Assembly: GCF_006345805.1 (NCBI RefSeq)
Contig: NC_043012.1
Coordinates: 31,186,001 to 31,250,000 of the forward strand
Reading direction: 5' to 3'
Origin: Octopus sinensis
Taxonomy: Eukaryota
Length of the DNA stretch: 64,000 nt
Position numbers and translations under genes: made by a program. Below the pieces are notes generated by a model, which saw nothing but the letters and a program-made list of their open reading frames with translations, searched no databases and was not told the DNA's origin. Each line of letters opens with the position of its first letter. Positions within the stretch are counted from its first letter, which is position 1. This document shows, piece after piece, positions 12,985 through 25,850 of the stretch.

Positions 12985-13115
12985 CTTTCATTATATATTT
13001 ATATAGTATACATTATATATTTAAAATATTATTAAAATGAATTAAGACGCTGTGTGTAGGTTGTTTAAGATGACTTTCTTTTCTGATGTAGCTGTAAGAG
13101 GAGGTATTAGTAATC

Positions 13116-13324
13116 ATTCCTATTATAGGCACAAGGCCTGAAATTTGGAGGTGGGGACTAGTCGATTACATAGACCCCAGTACTCAACTGGGACTTAATT
13201 TATCGACCCCGAAAGGATGAAAGATAAAGTCGACTTCGGTGGAATTTGAACTTGCAACGTAGTGACGGGCGAAATACAGCTAAGTATTTCGTCCAGCGTG
13301 CTAACAATTCTACCAGCTCGCCGC
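13116..13324 (-). mobile_element. SINE family A (alternative tail)
   Basis: Reverse-complement unit flanked by the direct repeat GAGGTATTAGTAATCA. Confidence 0.85.
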
Positions 13325-13436
13325 TTGTAAGAGGTATTAGTAATCAACGATGGAACGACAGACGATGTAAGTTAATAAGAGAAAGAATGAGATGGTATAG
13401 GAAACGGCTAAAGTGAAGCTTTATAACTGGGACGGC

Positions 13437-13496
<60 letters not shown>

Positions 13497-13857
13497 CACA
13501 CAATAGATTAAATTGCTGGAAAAGAAAAACCCTTAACATCGTGCTACAACAAATAACCTTTGATGCCAAGAACCCTCCTAAGTATCCTAGCTATCTCCAA
13601 TGACACTGTTTTCTGGAGCTGTATTAAACTGGGTTTTATGCCCATTTCCTCTGTCCATCTGTTCAAATCCTCAAGAGACAACAAGTTGGAAGTTCGTGTT
13701 GGTGTTATGCCTAGGGTGCCATATATTTGGTTTTGTACTTAGTGTTGTACTAGTGAATGTCTTAAAAACCATACGAAAATTATGTTTGTTTTAAAACTTG
13801 AGATTACATAGAAAGTATTTTGCGTAGGATATAAGCAGTTCCAATGAGCAGTTCCCA

Positions 13858-13891
<34 letters not shown>

Positions 13892-14051
13892 ATTATTATT
13901 ATTATTATTATTAAGATTCTGTCTTTCATAATTTCGGGGACGATAAAATAAATATCAGTTGAGCACTGGGGTCGATGTTATCGACTTACTCCCTCCTCAT
14001 ACGTTGCTGAACATATACCAAATTTTGAAACCATTATTATTATTGTCCTGA

Positions 14052-14257
14052 CGGTGGCGAGCTGGCAGAACAGTTAGTAATGCATAACAATATTTCATAT
14101 GTATTTATGTTCTGAGTTCCAATTCCGCTGAGGTCGACCTTGACTGTCATTGTTTCGGGATCGATAAAATAAGTACTAGTCAAGTACTGGGGTTGATGTG
14201 ATCGATTTGCCCCGCCTTCAAAAATTACTGGCTCTCTGCCAACATTTGATACCATTA
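14052..14257 (+). mobile_element. Diverged SINE family A
   Basis: GGTGGCGAGCTGGCAGAA head, GAGTTCCAATTCC, core and alternative tail. Confidence 0.75.
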
Positions 14258-14286
14258 TATTGCATATAATACACACGTGACAAATT

Positions 14287-14694
14287 CTTTTACTCTCTTT
14301 TACTTGTTTCAGTCATTTGACTGTGGCCATGCCGGAGCACCGTCTTTAGTCGAGCATCGACTCCAGGACTTATTCTTTGTAAGCCTAGTACTTATTCTAT
14401 CGGTCTCTTTTGTCGAACCGCTAAGTTACGGGGACGTAAACACGCCAGCATGGGTTGTTAAGCAATGCTAGGGGAACAAACACAGATACACAAACATACA
14501 CACACACACTTATATATATATACATATATACGACAGGCTTCTTTCAGTTTCCGCCTACCAACTCCACTCACAAGGCTTTGGTCGGCCCGAAGGTATAGTA
14601 GAAGACACTTGCCCAAGGTGCCACGCAGTGGAAATGAACCCGGAACCATGTGGCTGGTAAGCAAGCTACTTACCACACAGCCACATCTGCGCCT
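14287..14694 (-). mobile_element. SINE family B (tRNA head, CORE-like CCTTGGGCAAGT, internal microsatellite, CR1-type tail)
   Basis: Full reverse-complement unit, collinear with 61523-61920. Confidence 0.88.
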
Positions 14695-14892
14695 ATGGTG
14701 AGACATGGTTATGTCTCACAACATATACTGTTTAAATATGATAAGCACTCAAGAAAATACAAAAAGGAAATAAGCATTTGATACAAAAGAGACGAAAAGA
14801 AATGAACTTTCGAATACAAACAAGATAAAACGAGGCAAATGAACTAAAAATATTTAGAAACAAATCACTTATGACGAAACATAAAAGATAAT

Positions 14893-15302
14893 GGATCTTT
14901 TCGGTTTGAACGGCAGTTTTTAACGTAATTTATAGGTAACTAAACACTTTTAAACTTCGTATACTGGTAGAATGTGTTTATAAAACCTCTTTTTCTCTTG
15001 GCTTTATTGAGAAAATTCTATAGTTTGTAAGATATTTGCTGTTTTTTTCTTCAATTTCTGCAATTTCAACCAATCACTGACGTCTATTGAGGTGAAAACA
15101 TTCTGTGCCGTATGAATATGTCCCTCGTTTAAGAAACAGATTGGGTTTATTTACATTTGTGAAAAAAAAAAAGATACCCTTCCCTTCACTCCTAACCGTA
15201 AAACAGACTGAAATGCAATAGATCGATACTAGGGTCATAATTATGGGTGGCAATTTCATATGACACCGCTAGAAAAAACTGTCGTTGAAACCGAAAAGAT
15301 CC
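14893..15302. mobile_element. MITE-like non-autonomous DNA transposon
   Basis: 29-bp TIRs GGATCTTTTCGGTTTGAACGGCAGTTTTT (14893-14921) and AAAAACTGTCGTTGAAACCGAAAAGATCC (15274-15302), 2 mismatches, no ORF. Confidence 0.8.
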
Positions 15303-15872
15303 GAACTTTCGAATATAAACAAGATAAAACGAGACAAATGAACTAAAAATATTAACAACAATATTTAGAAACAAATCACTTATGACGAAGCATAAAGGAT
15401 AATTACTGTACAGCCATTAAAGGATAACGTTGGCAATATCACCGCTGACAAAACCTTGGGCTTGTTTCTTTTACTCAGACAGCCACTAATGTTTCTCTAA
15501 CCTCTGCATATAACCTTTCAGTGGTTATTTCCGATGTTAAAAACATTAAATCCATGTTTTCATTTCAGACAAACAGTTGCCAACATATTTTATCTTAGAT
15601 TATCTTTTTTCTAAGTTTCTTTTTTGATTTTCTGATAATGGAATGTAATACAGTTTATAACTTTATCTTCTTGAATAATTTCCAGAGATTTAAATCGGGA
15701 TAAGGACGAGTTAGCATTAGGTTCCAAATATCTTGATTTTTATGAAACAGAAAGATGTTATAGAATTTAGCATATAATATATGGTTGTGGAAGAAGTTAA
15801 ATCTGACTGCACTCTAAGTCCGCATTTATCAAATGCAGGATACTAATCATTTTCAGTATTTGCTATGGAGTT

Positions 15873-16090
15873 AAGGCGGCGAGCTGGCTGAATGGTTAGT
15901 AGGACGGGCAAAATGCTTAGCAACGTTTTGTCTGCCTTTACGTTCTGAGTTCAAATTCCGCTGAGGTCGTCTTTGCCTTCCATCCTTTCTGGGTCGATAA
16001 AATAAATACTAGTCGAACACTGGTGGTCAATGTAATCGACTTCTATCTCCCCCCAAAAAGCTGGCCTTATGCCAAAGTTTGAAATCAATA
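15873..16090 (+). mobile_element. SINE family A
   Basis: AAGGCGGCGAGCTGG head, core and alternative tail. Confidence 0.8.
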
Positions 16091-16238
16091 TTTGCTATGC
16101 AATAAGGTGGCAAGCAGGCAGAATCGTTAGAACTCCGGTTGAAAGGCTTAGCGGCATTTCATCCGTATTTACGTTGTAAGTTCAAGTGCCACAAAGGTCG
16201 ACCTTGCCTTTTCTCTTTTCGAGATCAATAAAATAAAT

Positions 16239-16474
16239 ACCTATTTCTTTACAACCCACAAGGGGCTAAACACAGAGAGGACAAACAAGGACAGACAAAC
16301 GGATTAAGCCGATTATGTCGACCCCAGTGTGTGACTGGTACTTATTTAATCGACCCCGAAAGGATGAAAGGCAAAGTCGACCTCGGCGGAATTTGAACTC
16401 AGAACGTAACGGCAGACGAAATACTGCTACGCATTTCGCCCGGCGTGTTAACGTTTCTGCCAGCTCGCCGCCTT
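16239..16474 (-). mobile_element. Young SINE A nested in an older SINE A (about 16103-16560, +)
   Basis: 13-bp TSD CAATAAAATAAAT at 16226-16238 and 16475-16487; the older unit resumes after the insertion. Confidence 0.85.
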
Positions 16475-17899
16475 CAATAAAATAAATTCCAGTTGAGCAC
16501 CGGGTTCAATGTAATCAACTTACGCCATCCATCGAACTTCCGATCCTTGCGCCAAAATTTTAAAGCAATTTCTCGCTATGGAGAATTGTAAATAAAACTG
16601 GAGCAGGAGCTATCAGTTCAGTTACGCAACAAATTTTAAAATTCTGTTATTTACAGAGATTGAAAAGATTAAAGAAATACAAGACCTACGTTATGTTTAC
16701 ATATAGAAACAAGTAAGGATTTAGTTGCTCTATGAAGTAATTTATAACAAAGGAAAATTGGAAACTGAACCGCCGATCTTCTCATGTAATAATATATGAC
16801 AATCTTTTCAAGTTTCATTAACTGAAATGAAATTAAACTAAGAAAAAGAAAACTCACAGAATTCCAGAAACGGATACTTGAGTCATACGAAAAAGGTTTG
16901 GTCGATTATTTTGGCAGCTAACATCCTGAATGTTACAAACTATTCCAGCTGTTATGGATTTGAAATTATTCAAGCTGTGCTAGAATCTAAAGAGTAAACT
17001 AATTTGATCAGAAATTCGAGAGGCATTTTATTCGTGGTGTATCATAAAATTTATTTTCTTTCCTACTTCACTGTCACCTGAACTGTCACTTTCTCTCCTT
17101 CCCTACTTCTTTCTCACTTATCTGATCAGCTCACATCACTGTCACTATCTTTATCTCATTAGCACCCTCTTTCTCCCCGTCTACTTCAGAAATACATTTA
17201 ATTTTTTCATTCATCTCATTAACTGATTTTACGTTGTTTTTCTCCAGTCTTGATTTTAGATGCAAAAACAGTATTTAGCAGGAAATGTTACATGATGCTT
17301 AAACATAAGATTTCCTAGATTTAGATGAGAAGCAAAAAAATAAATGACATAATCAGTGTTACATCTTGTTTTTCTTTCGCTTAGAGATCGTCAATGTATA
17401 TCCAGATTAATATGCATTTGTATACATGTGTTTTTTTATGTTTGTGTAGATCTAAGCTTCATCGAGTTACATTACGAACCAAAAATAAATTTCCGAAGTA
17501 AAATCAAATCGTTCTACTAGAATTGGAAGAAAGAGTAGAGTTCCCTTCTGGCATTTAGCCGCAACTCATTTGCCATATTCTGAGTTCAAATCTCACCAGA
17601 GTCAATGTTACTCTTTACCCTTTACTTTTTATACCAGTTATGTGCTGAGACACACAAGTCTACTTCCCATTTCTCCCAAAATTTGCAATCAAGAAGCTGC
17701 AAATGCTTTGGGGAAAGATGAAGAAATGTTGGAAATTAACGAGTGAAATGGATAAAAAGAAATATATAACCGATTGTTATGTGTGCGACACACTGATTGT
17801 TAATAGGTATTTGAAATTAAACACAAGGTTTTATAGTGATATGCGAAGTAAATAACTGTTGAATGTAAGATATATGTAAACAAAAGAAAGCCTTTATAT

Positions 17900-18114
17900 T
17901 GCTTTCAAATTTTGGCACAAGGCCAGCAGTTTAGAGGGAGAGGCAAGTCAATTACGTCGATCTAGTATTCAACTGGTACTTATTTAAATCGACGCAGAAA
18001 GGATGAAAGGCACAGTCGACCCCGGCAGCATTTGAACACAGAACATAAAGCCGGAAGAAATGTCGCTAATCAATTTTTCCGGTGCGGTAACGATTCTGTC
18101 AGCTCATCGCCTTA
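17900..18114 (-). mobile_element. Diverged SINE family A
   Basis: Reverse-complement core and head (...CAGCTCATCGCCTT). Confidence 0.75.
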
Positions 18115-18543
18115 AAAAAGCCCTTTATATTAGATTAAAGTGTTTAACGGGATTATACAGGCAGCGTTCAATCAGCTGGTGTTTTAAAATAATTTGATAA
18201 AAATTTTAATTTCTGTTGACAAAATGATATTTGCTCAGAACTTGTAGTATTTCGGACTGAATCCTTATGAGGCAAATACATCCACTTCTCAAATGCAAAA
18301 TTTACAACCACTGTTATCTAAATATAATGTTTGGTTATTCTCGTAAATACTATGTAATTTTAAAGTCTAAAAGTGTTATATCCCAATTTTCAAATTTGTT
18401 TATATAACCTCTCATTAGAACTCTCAAGTTTCTTTTAGTGTACCTATGCTGATTATACCTTAACTTGAAATGATTCTGCGGTACACCAAAAAAATTCTAA
18501 AAATGAACCATTAAATAGGAATACTGCCACATATAAATTAAGT

Positions 18544-18923
18544 ACTTACTACTTGTACTTGTGGCGACATTCACCCTGGGCAGGTTTAGTCGGCTTCTTC
18601 TACTCATGGAAGAATTTTCGTGGGAATATGTGGATTTCACAAGGGGTCCCCAACAATCCCGCATGTAGAGACATCCTGTTTGCCGCAGATTGTCCGCAGA
18701 CGCAGGGACAGAACGACCGAGGAGCCGCTGGTTGCCGAAACAGACACTCCGATGATTTTTACCAGAGCCCCGTCTGCCGGGTTGTGGCCCTAATACCACT
18801 CGGTGTCAGACCAATCCGCCTTGGGTGGCGCTACTAGGAACCGAAGTTCCCGACGGCATAGCTCTGACACTGCCCGTTGCCAGCGTCCCCACCACGGTGA
18901 GGAGGGGATGGACTTTGGCGACG
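18544..18923 (-). mobile_element. 380-bp GC-rich retroposed element, RTE-like
   Basis: Perfect 14-bp TSD CATATAAATTAAGT (18530-18543, 18924-18937) and a minus-strand 3' tail ACAAGTACAAGTAGTAAGT. The clade assignment is inference. Confidence 0.7.
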
Positions 18924-19334
18924 CATATAAATTAAGTGATATAGTTTAAGAGATATTTTACAGAATTAAAATAGTTGAACAAGCGCAAGGGATTAGATAC
19001 AGATAATGGTCTAAAATTTTCTGCTTTGTCAACTTGGTAATAGAATTTCGTGAAATCAAAGTATGAAAAGTAACTTGTGATCCAGACAATAGGCATTTGA
19101 GATATGTGAAGTTTTGTTTTCAAGTATACTATAGTATTGAGCACTTTTCTTTTCTCTTTCTTGTTCATATAACAGTGTTTACACAATTAGACTCAAAGAG
19201 ATAGGCAAGTGCACATAAATACTTCGTGTAGTATTTTCTCCATCCTACTTGTGTCCTTTCGTCCTTAATTCCCACTTTACATTTCGAATCTTACGAGATC
19301 GACGAAATAAACTCTAAATAAAATATTAGATCAC

Positions 19335-19388
<54 letters not shown>

Positions 19389-19724
19389 GAGTGAGAGAGC
19401 AGTGCATGCCATCAAAGTGACACTGGGGTAAATATACGAAGCCCAATATACCCATCATGACTACCCGTCTGATAAGGGTACATTAGGCACATGCATCACA
19501 AACATATGTGCGTGACATGGTGATCTCATATCAAGATAAACAGCACATGACCTTGCAGGCGGGGCTCAGTTAGAATTTTCTTCTGGTCGTGTAGCCCATC
19601 CCGCTCAAAAGGTCCCTGAATAAGGATCGTTTAAGTATGTTGAACGAACCACCCATGTTTCCAAAGGTGAATTATCCAAACTTCCAAGAATTCCTTTTAA
19701 CACACGGCTATGATGCTCATCCAC

Positions 19725-19725
<1 letters not shown>
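19389..19725 (-). mobile_element. 5'-truncated non-LTR retroelement 3' end in a (TAA)n tract, copy 1
   Basis: Flanked by (ATT)n on both sides and closely similar to 19807-20140. Confidence 0.75.
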
Positions 19726-19793
<68 letters not shown>

Positions 19794-19806
19794 TATTATT
19801 ATTATT

Positions 19807-20357
19807 GAGTGAGAGAGCAGTTCATGCCATCAAAGTGACACTGGGGTAAATATACGAAGCCCAATATACCCATCATGACTACCCGTCTGATAAAGGTACA
19901 CCAGGCACATGCATCACAACCATATGTGCGCGACATGGTGATCTCATATCAAGATAAACAGCACATGACCTTGCAGGTGGGGCCCAGTTAGAATTTTCTT
20001 CAGGTTGAGTAGCCCATCCTGCTCAAAAGGTCCTTGAATAAGGGTTGCTTTAGGATGTTGAACGAAACACCTATGTTTCCAGAGGTGAACCATTCAAACT
20101 CCAAAGAATCCCTCTCAACACATGGCCATGATGCTCCCCCACTACTTCTGCTCGTGATCAGAGATGCACGTATTGTCAGCCACTAAGGGACATGCTCAAC
20201 TGGTTAAGGTCAAACAACTGACAAGCAAATCTGTGGTATTGAGCAGAATATTTGATGTAGCCCATCTTTTATACCAAGACAAAACAATGTACATGATAAC
20301 ACTTCCAATCAGTTAAGATCAGAAGCCATGAGAGCCACTGCCTGGTACTGCATCAGT
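19807..20357 (-). mobile_element. Longer copy of the same retroelement 3' end in (TAA)n, copy 2
   Basis: Same 3' terminus (...CTCTCTCACTC-(AAT)n), extends ~200 bp further 5', bounded by (ATT)n. Confidence 0.75.
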
Positions 20358-20392
20358 ATTATTATTATTATTATTATTATTATCATTATTAT

Positions 20393-21200
20393 TTCCATTT
20401 TACTTCTCAGAGCTCTCGATTTTATTCGCTGCGGTTAATTCTGTAAGAGCAGACAACAACCCGCTGTCAAAAGTATCACAAGGTCTCTTTCCACGATACT
20501 TAACACCCAAGTACCAGTCTCAAGATCCTCGCTGTCCCTAATAGAGCAGTATTTGAGCACGTTCCGCTTACATATCAATTCTTATTTCACCGACATATTT
20601 CTCAAACCTGGTTGTTGGTACTCCGAGTGCCGCTACAACTACTAGGATGACAGTTAATTTCTTCATTTCCCACATACGTGCAATTTCGTCTTCTGGTAGC
20701 TTGCATTTTCCCATCTTTACTAGCTTTTAGTCACTCACGCGTTGGTCCGCAGGTGTGGCAATATCTATAATCTTGGTTTCTTTCTTCCTCTGAACCACCA
20801 CAACAATGTCTGGTCTCATCATCATCATTGTTCGACCTGGTCGAGACAATGGAATTTACTATGCTACGCCAGACTTCACGGTCCATCATAGCATTATGGA
20901 GGTCCTGTTGCTGGATGCCTGTCTCCCTGGAGATTATATCAGGGTAGGAGAGTGTGCGCCCTCTGGTATTGCGAGTAGATGGCTTTCAGAGGAGAAGTGT
21001 AGAAATTGCCTCGTTGTCTGGTCTCCAAGCATCAATTAGTGTGTCAGATTAGATTGTAATATTCCATAAAATTTTAAATTCATTATTTTGGTTTATCTTC
21101 GTACCGTTTCCGTATTTTTTCAAGACCATACTTCTCATACAATCTCCAGTGAACAAACTCAGGCCGGTAATTATACACTGCATTGCCTTTATCAGAGTCC
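20393..21200 (-). mobile_element. R4/Dong-clade LINE 3' fragment with restriction-like endonuclease
   Basis: FVHWRLYEKYGL ... KILWNITI*SDTLIDAWRPD / RPDIVVVQRKKETKIIDIATPAD...EIARMWEMKKLTVILVVVAALG (PD...D RLE motif), followed by a (TAA)n tail. Confidence 0.8.
20818..21014 (-). mobile_element. RTE-clade LINE 3' end inserted in the Dong element
   Basis: RGRTLSYPDIISRETGIQQQDLHNAMMDREVWRSIV with a (GAT)n tail; 11-bp TSD TGTCTGGTCTC at 20807-20817 and 21015-21025. Confidence 0.8.
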
Positions 21201-22218
21201 TTTTGTCAAAGAACCATTTTACTTGTGGTCATTCACATTGGGATTATGTTGTACCATTCTGGGAGGAGTGTTTGGGTAGGGAGAATTTGGTCTTAGATTT
21301 TATAGATATTTGATTAGTTACAATCGCGAAATCTGTACTGTATATACATATCCAACGTTTATTATTAAATAATTTTTCTTGGTAAAGCATTATAGATTAA
21401 GCTGATTGGTTTCTTCCCAGAATGAACTTCTCTGACTCCAGTCGTGTTAGCAATTTCGTGAATCCAACATTAAGACTTTTCAGATGTACAATGCTGTTTT
21501 GGGGGTTTTGATGAGATTACATGAACTACTTCAGAAGACAGAAAGGATGTACTGGGAGGTTTGTGAGTTTTAGATTCTTATAACTTTTCGAATTCTTTTT
21601 GTTATACTTCATAATGTCACATCAATTTGCTTGTTCACTTGCTTTAATAATGCCATTTATTTTAGATGTCCCGAAGGCCTCTGTGGAATGGTTATAAGCA
21701 TAGGACGTCAACTTGGGTTTCATTGCAAATAGATGCTATGTATTCTCTTATTGAAAAGAATCTTGGAATATTTATTGATAAGATAGCTATGACATTTATT
21801 GTTTCAATATCAAGAATTGTGGTCTGTAATATCCAAAAAAATTCCGTTGAAACATCGAAATTAATAACACAGTTTGCAGAAAATTTCTGACAGCTGTAAC
21901 GATGAGAACTCTTCTGCACACCACTACATAAACGATTAAAATTCCTCGAAGGAAGACCCACAGTCTAATAACTGCTTTCTAAAACTTGACGATATAATAC
22001 GTATATCACGCACACACACAAAATTTATTTCTGTACCAGTAGTCATCTTTAATATTCATAAAATTTAGGTAATCTCCGAAATATTGCGTTTTACAGCTAA
22101 ACTCAAAATGCTAAGTCTAGCAAAAAGTTTGCTACTGATATTTCTTCTGGCCATTTCCGAATATTGATTGGAGTTTAGAGTTGCATCGAGAAAATAAAAA
22201 GACGAAAACTTTTGTAGA

Positions 22219-22625
<407 letters not shown>

Positions 22626-22879
22626 TTTAAACACCTATGTGTGCCTGTGTGTTATATATTATGTGTGTGTGTGTGTCCCGGTATCCTATTAATGAATATT
22701 ATTTCGAATATTTAAACAAGAAAAGAAAATCTTTATTATTTACAAAAGAGTTATTTATTTAGAAAAGCTGCAAATCGCTCTTCAAATGGCTAATTACGTT
22801 AGAAAATAGTGAAACAATATTCTCTTCCACAATTTTGATTTGGTTTCGATTGATTCTTGCTTTACTAAAGGTAATCACT

Positions 22880-23150
22880 GTTTAGTAACGACAGCTGGAA
22901 TCAGTTACGAGACAAAATGGACGCTTGAAGAGAAACGATGGTCTTTAGCTGTCTGTATTTCGAGATTATACAGCTGTATAAGAATATTCCATCTTCCTTA
23001 ATAGCAATATGATAATAGTTGGACTATTATAGAACGTGTTAATGAATATGGTGGAAGAAGAAAAAACCGATAAAACATTTGCTCTTCGTAAATTAAATAA
23101 CATGGACGCTTCATTCTCTACAAGTCAACCAGTGAGGAAAATAACCAAGA
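22880..23150 (+). mobile_element. Possible highly decayed PLE GIY-YIG remnant
   Basis: QYDNSWTIIERVNEYGGRRK resembles the PLE endonuclease YxIxWxIxxxAxxY segment; weak. Confidence 0.25.
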
Positions 23151-23514
23151 GAGCATATACATAAATTGTAACTAGTATTGATGTGTTATTAGTAAATAAG
23201 TGATGTGTAGTTATAATTAAATCTGTATTGCAATAGCTGCTTAATAAGAGGTTTAATAATGTTAATATTGAAAATTTGAAGGTTAGCAATTGGTGAAAAG
23301 ACGTAGGCAGGATGTTGCTCCAAAGAGATGCTGTTCTTGTAGGAAAAAGGGTGCATTAGATTTAGAATATCGCAGATGACGGAGAAATGCCAAGTTTTTG
23401 CAAGGAGTGGATTGTTTTAGATCACTCAAAGTAGTGGTAGAAGAGACACAGAAAATAATGCCAACCAGTTGGACGGCATGAGAAATAAAAACCTTCAAAA
23501 GTAATAATTATTTA

Positions 23515-23770
23515 AATTATAATTTAGGGTATCACCACGCTGGAAATAGGAGTCAAAACTTGACTCTAAAACCACATTAAATGTTAATTTAATGTGATTT
23601 TAGAGTCAGGTTTTGACTGCTATTTCCAGCGTGGTGATACCCTAAAACCACTTGACTCTAAAACTTGACTCTAAAACCACATTAAATTAACATTTAATGT
23701 GATTTTAGAGTCAGGTTTTGACTGCTATTTCCAGCGTGGTGGTATCTCTTAGATACCCTAAATTATAATT
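23515..23770. repeat. Foldback (hairpin MITE-like) element with internal duplication
   Basis: 60-bp arms at 23523-23582 and 23587-23646 (3 mismatches), a second partial hairpin centred on 23688-23691, and AATTATAATT at both ends. Confidence 0.85.
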
Positions 23771-24127
23771 TTATACACAGACACACATACATACATACAT
23801 ATAGATATATATTGACTTTCTAAAAGAAGCAGATTTTGCGAAGCACTCTTAGCTATGAAAAGTGCGACTTCCTTACAAGGTTGTCCAAAATTGTTACTTA
23901 GCATTTGAAAGTTAGTATTGATTTTAGAAGAATATAGTCAATTACGAGATATGTCTACTGTAAACGTTTTATTGCAGTTGAATGAACATAAGTTGTCAAA
24001 TCATTATTACAAGACTATTTTTCAGGTTTTCCTGCAGGAATAACTTGCAATGTTGGGTGAAAATATTGTGTGTGGACGATATATGGAAAAAGGAGATAAA
24101 ATGGACATAGACAATTTCGTCATCAGG

Positions 24128-24390
24128 ATAAGAAAGAGGGAGAGAGAGAGAGAAAAGAGAGAAAGTGGGAGAAAGTGAGAGAGAAAGAAAGAAAGAGAGA
24201 GAGAAAGAGAGAGAGAAAGAAAGAAAGAGAGAGAGAGAAAGAAAGAAGGAGAGAGAAAAAGAAAGAGTGAGAGAAAGAAAGAAAGAGTGAGAGAAAGTGA
24301 GAGAGAAAGAGTGAGAGAGAAAGGGAGAGAGACAGTGAGAGAGAGAAAAGGAGAGAGAGAGAAAGGGAGAGAGAGAGAGAAAGAGAGAGA
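24128..24390. repeat. (GA)/(GAAA) purine-rich microsatellite
   Basis: Direct observation. Confidence 0.95.
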
Positions 24391-25624
24391 GCGTGGATTA
24401 GCGGTGATAACAAATATGTCGGAAATTGATGCAAAGAAAAAGTGTATAAATTAGCCATCCCTTGTTAAATTGATGAGCTAAAGTTATATGCAAAATAGTC
24501 TGCCGGATGCTGTATTAGATGGTGCGACAGGGATATGTTCAACAGAGGAAATCCATAAGACAGAGTATGTGGACAGACAATTGATAGTGGCATTTTTTCG
24601 ACAACGGCTTTACAAATATTTGTAAAAAAAACAACAAAATAAAACAAAGCAAAACAAACAGGCCAAAAAGATTCATGATATATAGAAGAAAGCTAAAATC
24701 ATAGAAGAGTATTATTGGTTTATTAAATTAGCACCGAAAACAGATGGTGCGAATATTATTTTGATATAGGCAATCGAAATGATTAATCAATGAAACTCAA
24801 GGAATTAATGATTGTATTTAAAATGAGGCACCTGATAGAATACACGAGCAATACTTTAATAAACATAGGAAATAGATATTCTCTGTTAAAGATAGAAAAC
24901 GTCCATATAGATACTACCGCAGGCATTCATTAGACACGCTATCCCGCAGTTAAACATGCTTCGTAGTTTATACAGATGCTAGATCTCATAATCTGATGTG
25001 ACATTTTATGCTGAACATTTATTTCGTAGCTAATAGTACGCAACAAGAATATAAACTCACCTTACTCTATCTGTTTGATAGTATAACCTTCATTTGCCAA
25101 AACGCTACAACCATTATTTATACTCAAATGCAATGTCCTTTTTTTCTGTGATTTCTCTCGGCACTAGAATTGATTCAGCTCGCCGAACCTACTTGCTGAG
25201 TAACATTCAAACTAAACTCACTTGCTTCACCATCCTTATCTCCTCTCATCAACCTAACATTTGGACCATATATTTATTTATTCGATCTCGTAGTTCCTTC
25301 TCTAGGCTCACTCCTTTCACAGTATCATCTTATTAACATCGAAACACTGATAATTAATAGCATTGACCATCCCAGTCTAAGATACCTGTTGGGAAAATGA
25401 GCATTGAATCCAGTATCCAGATCTGTTAATAAACAAAATGTTTTAAACATTTGTTCAGAGAAGCTGAATAAATATAACCAGACCAAAAAGTAAAGAAGGA
25501 GAGAAAGGGTTAAATATTTATAAAAAGACAAGAAAGGAATACAAAAGGAAATAATGGGAATATTGGAATCGCCTGTATCGCGTGTATTGACCAGACTATC
25601 TGCTATCTGATGTTATAAATTTGT

Positions 25625-25850
25625 TTCTTTACTACCCACAAGGGGCTAAACATAGAGAGGACAAACAAGGACAGACAAACGGCTTAAGTCGATTACATCG
25701 ACCCCAGTGCGTAACTGGTAATTAATTCATTGACCCCGAGAGGACGAAAGGCAAAGTCGACCTCAGCGGAATTTGAACTCAGAACGTAGCGGCAGACGAA
25801 ATACGGCTGCGCATTTCGCCCTGCATGCTAACGATTCTGCCAGCTCGCCG
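25625..25850 (-). mobile_element. SINE family A
   Basis: Reverse-complement tail, core and head. Confidence 0.85.

Noticed and set aside
19338-20392. Repeat-spacer appearance as a CRISPR-like array
   Set aside because: The context is eukaryotic, the repeats are simple (ATT)n, and the spacers are homologous retroelement ends.
21250-21960. Possible RT remnants (...INIP...)
   Set aside because: Motifs are too degraded to assign.
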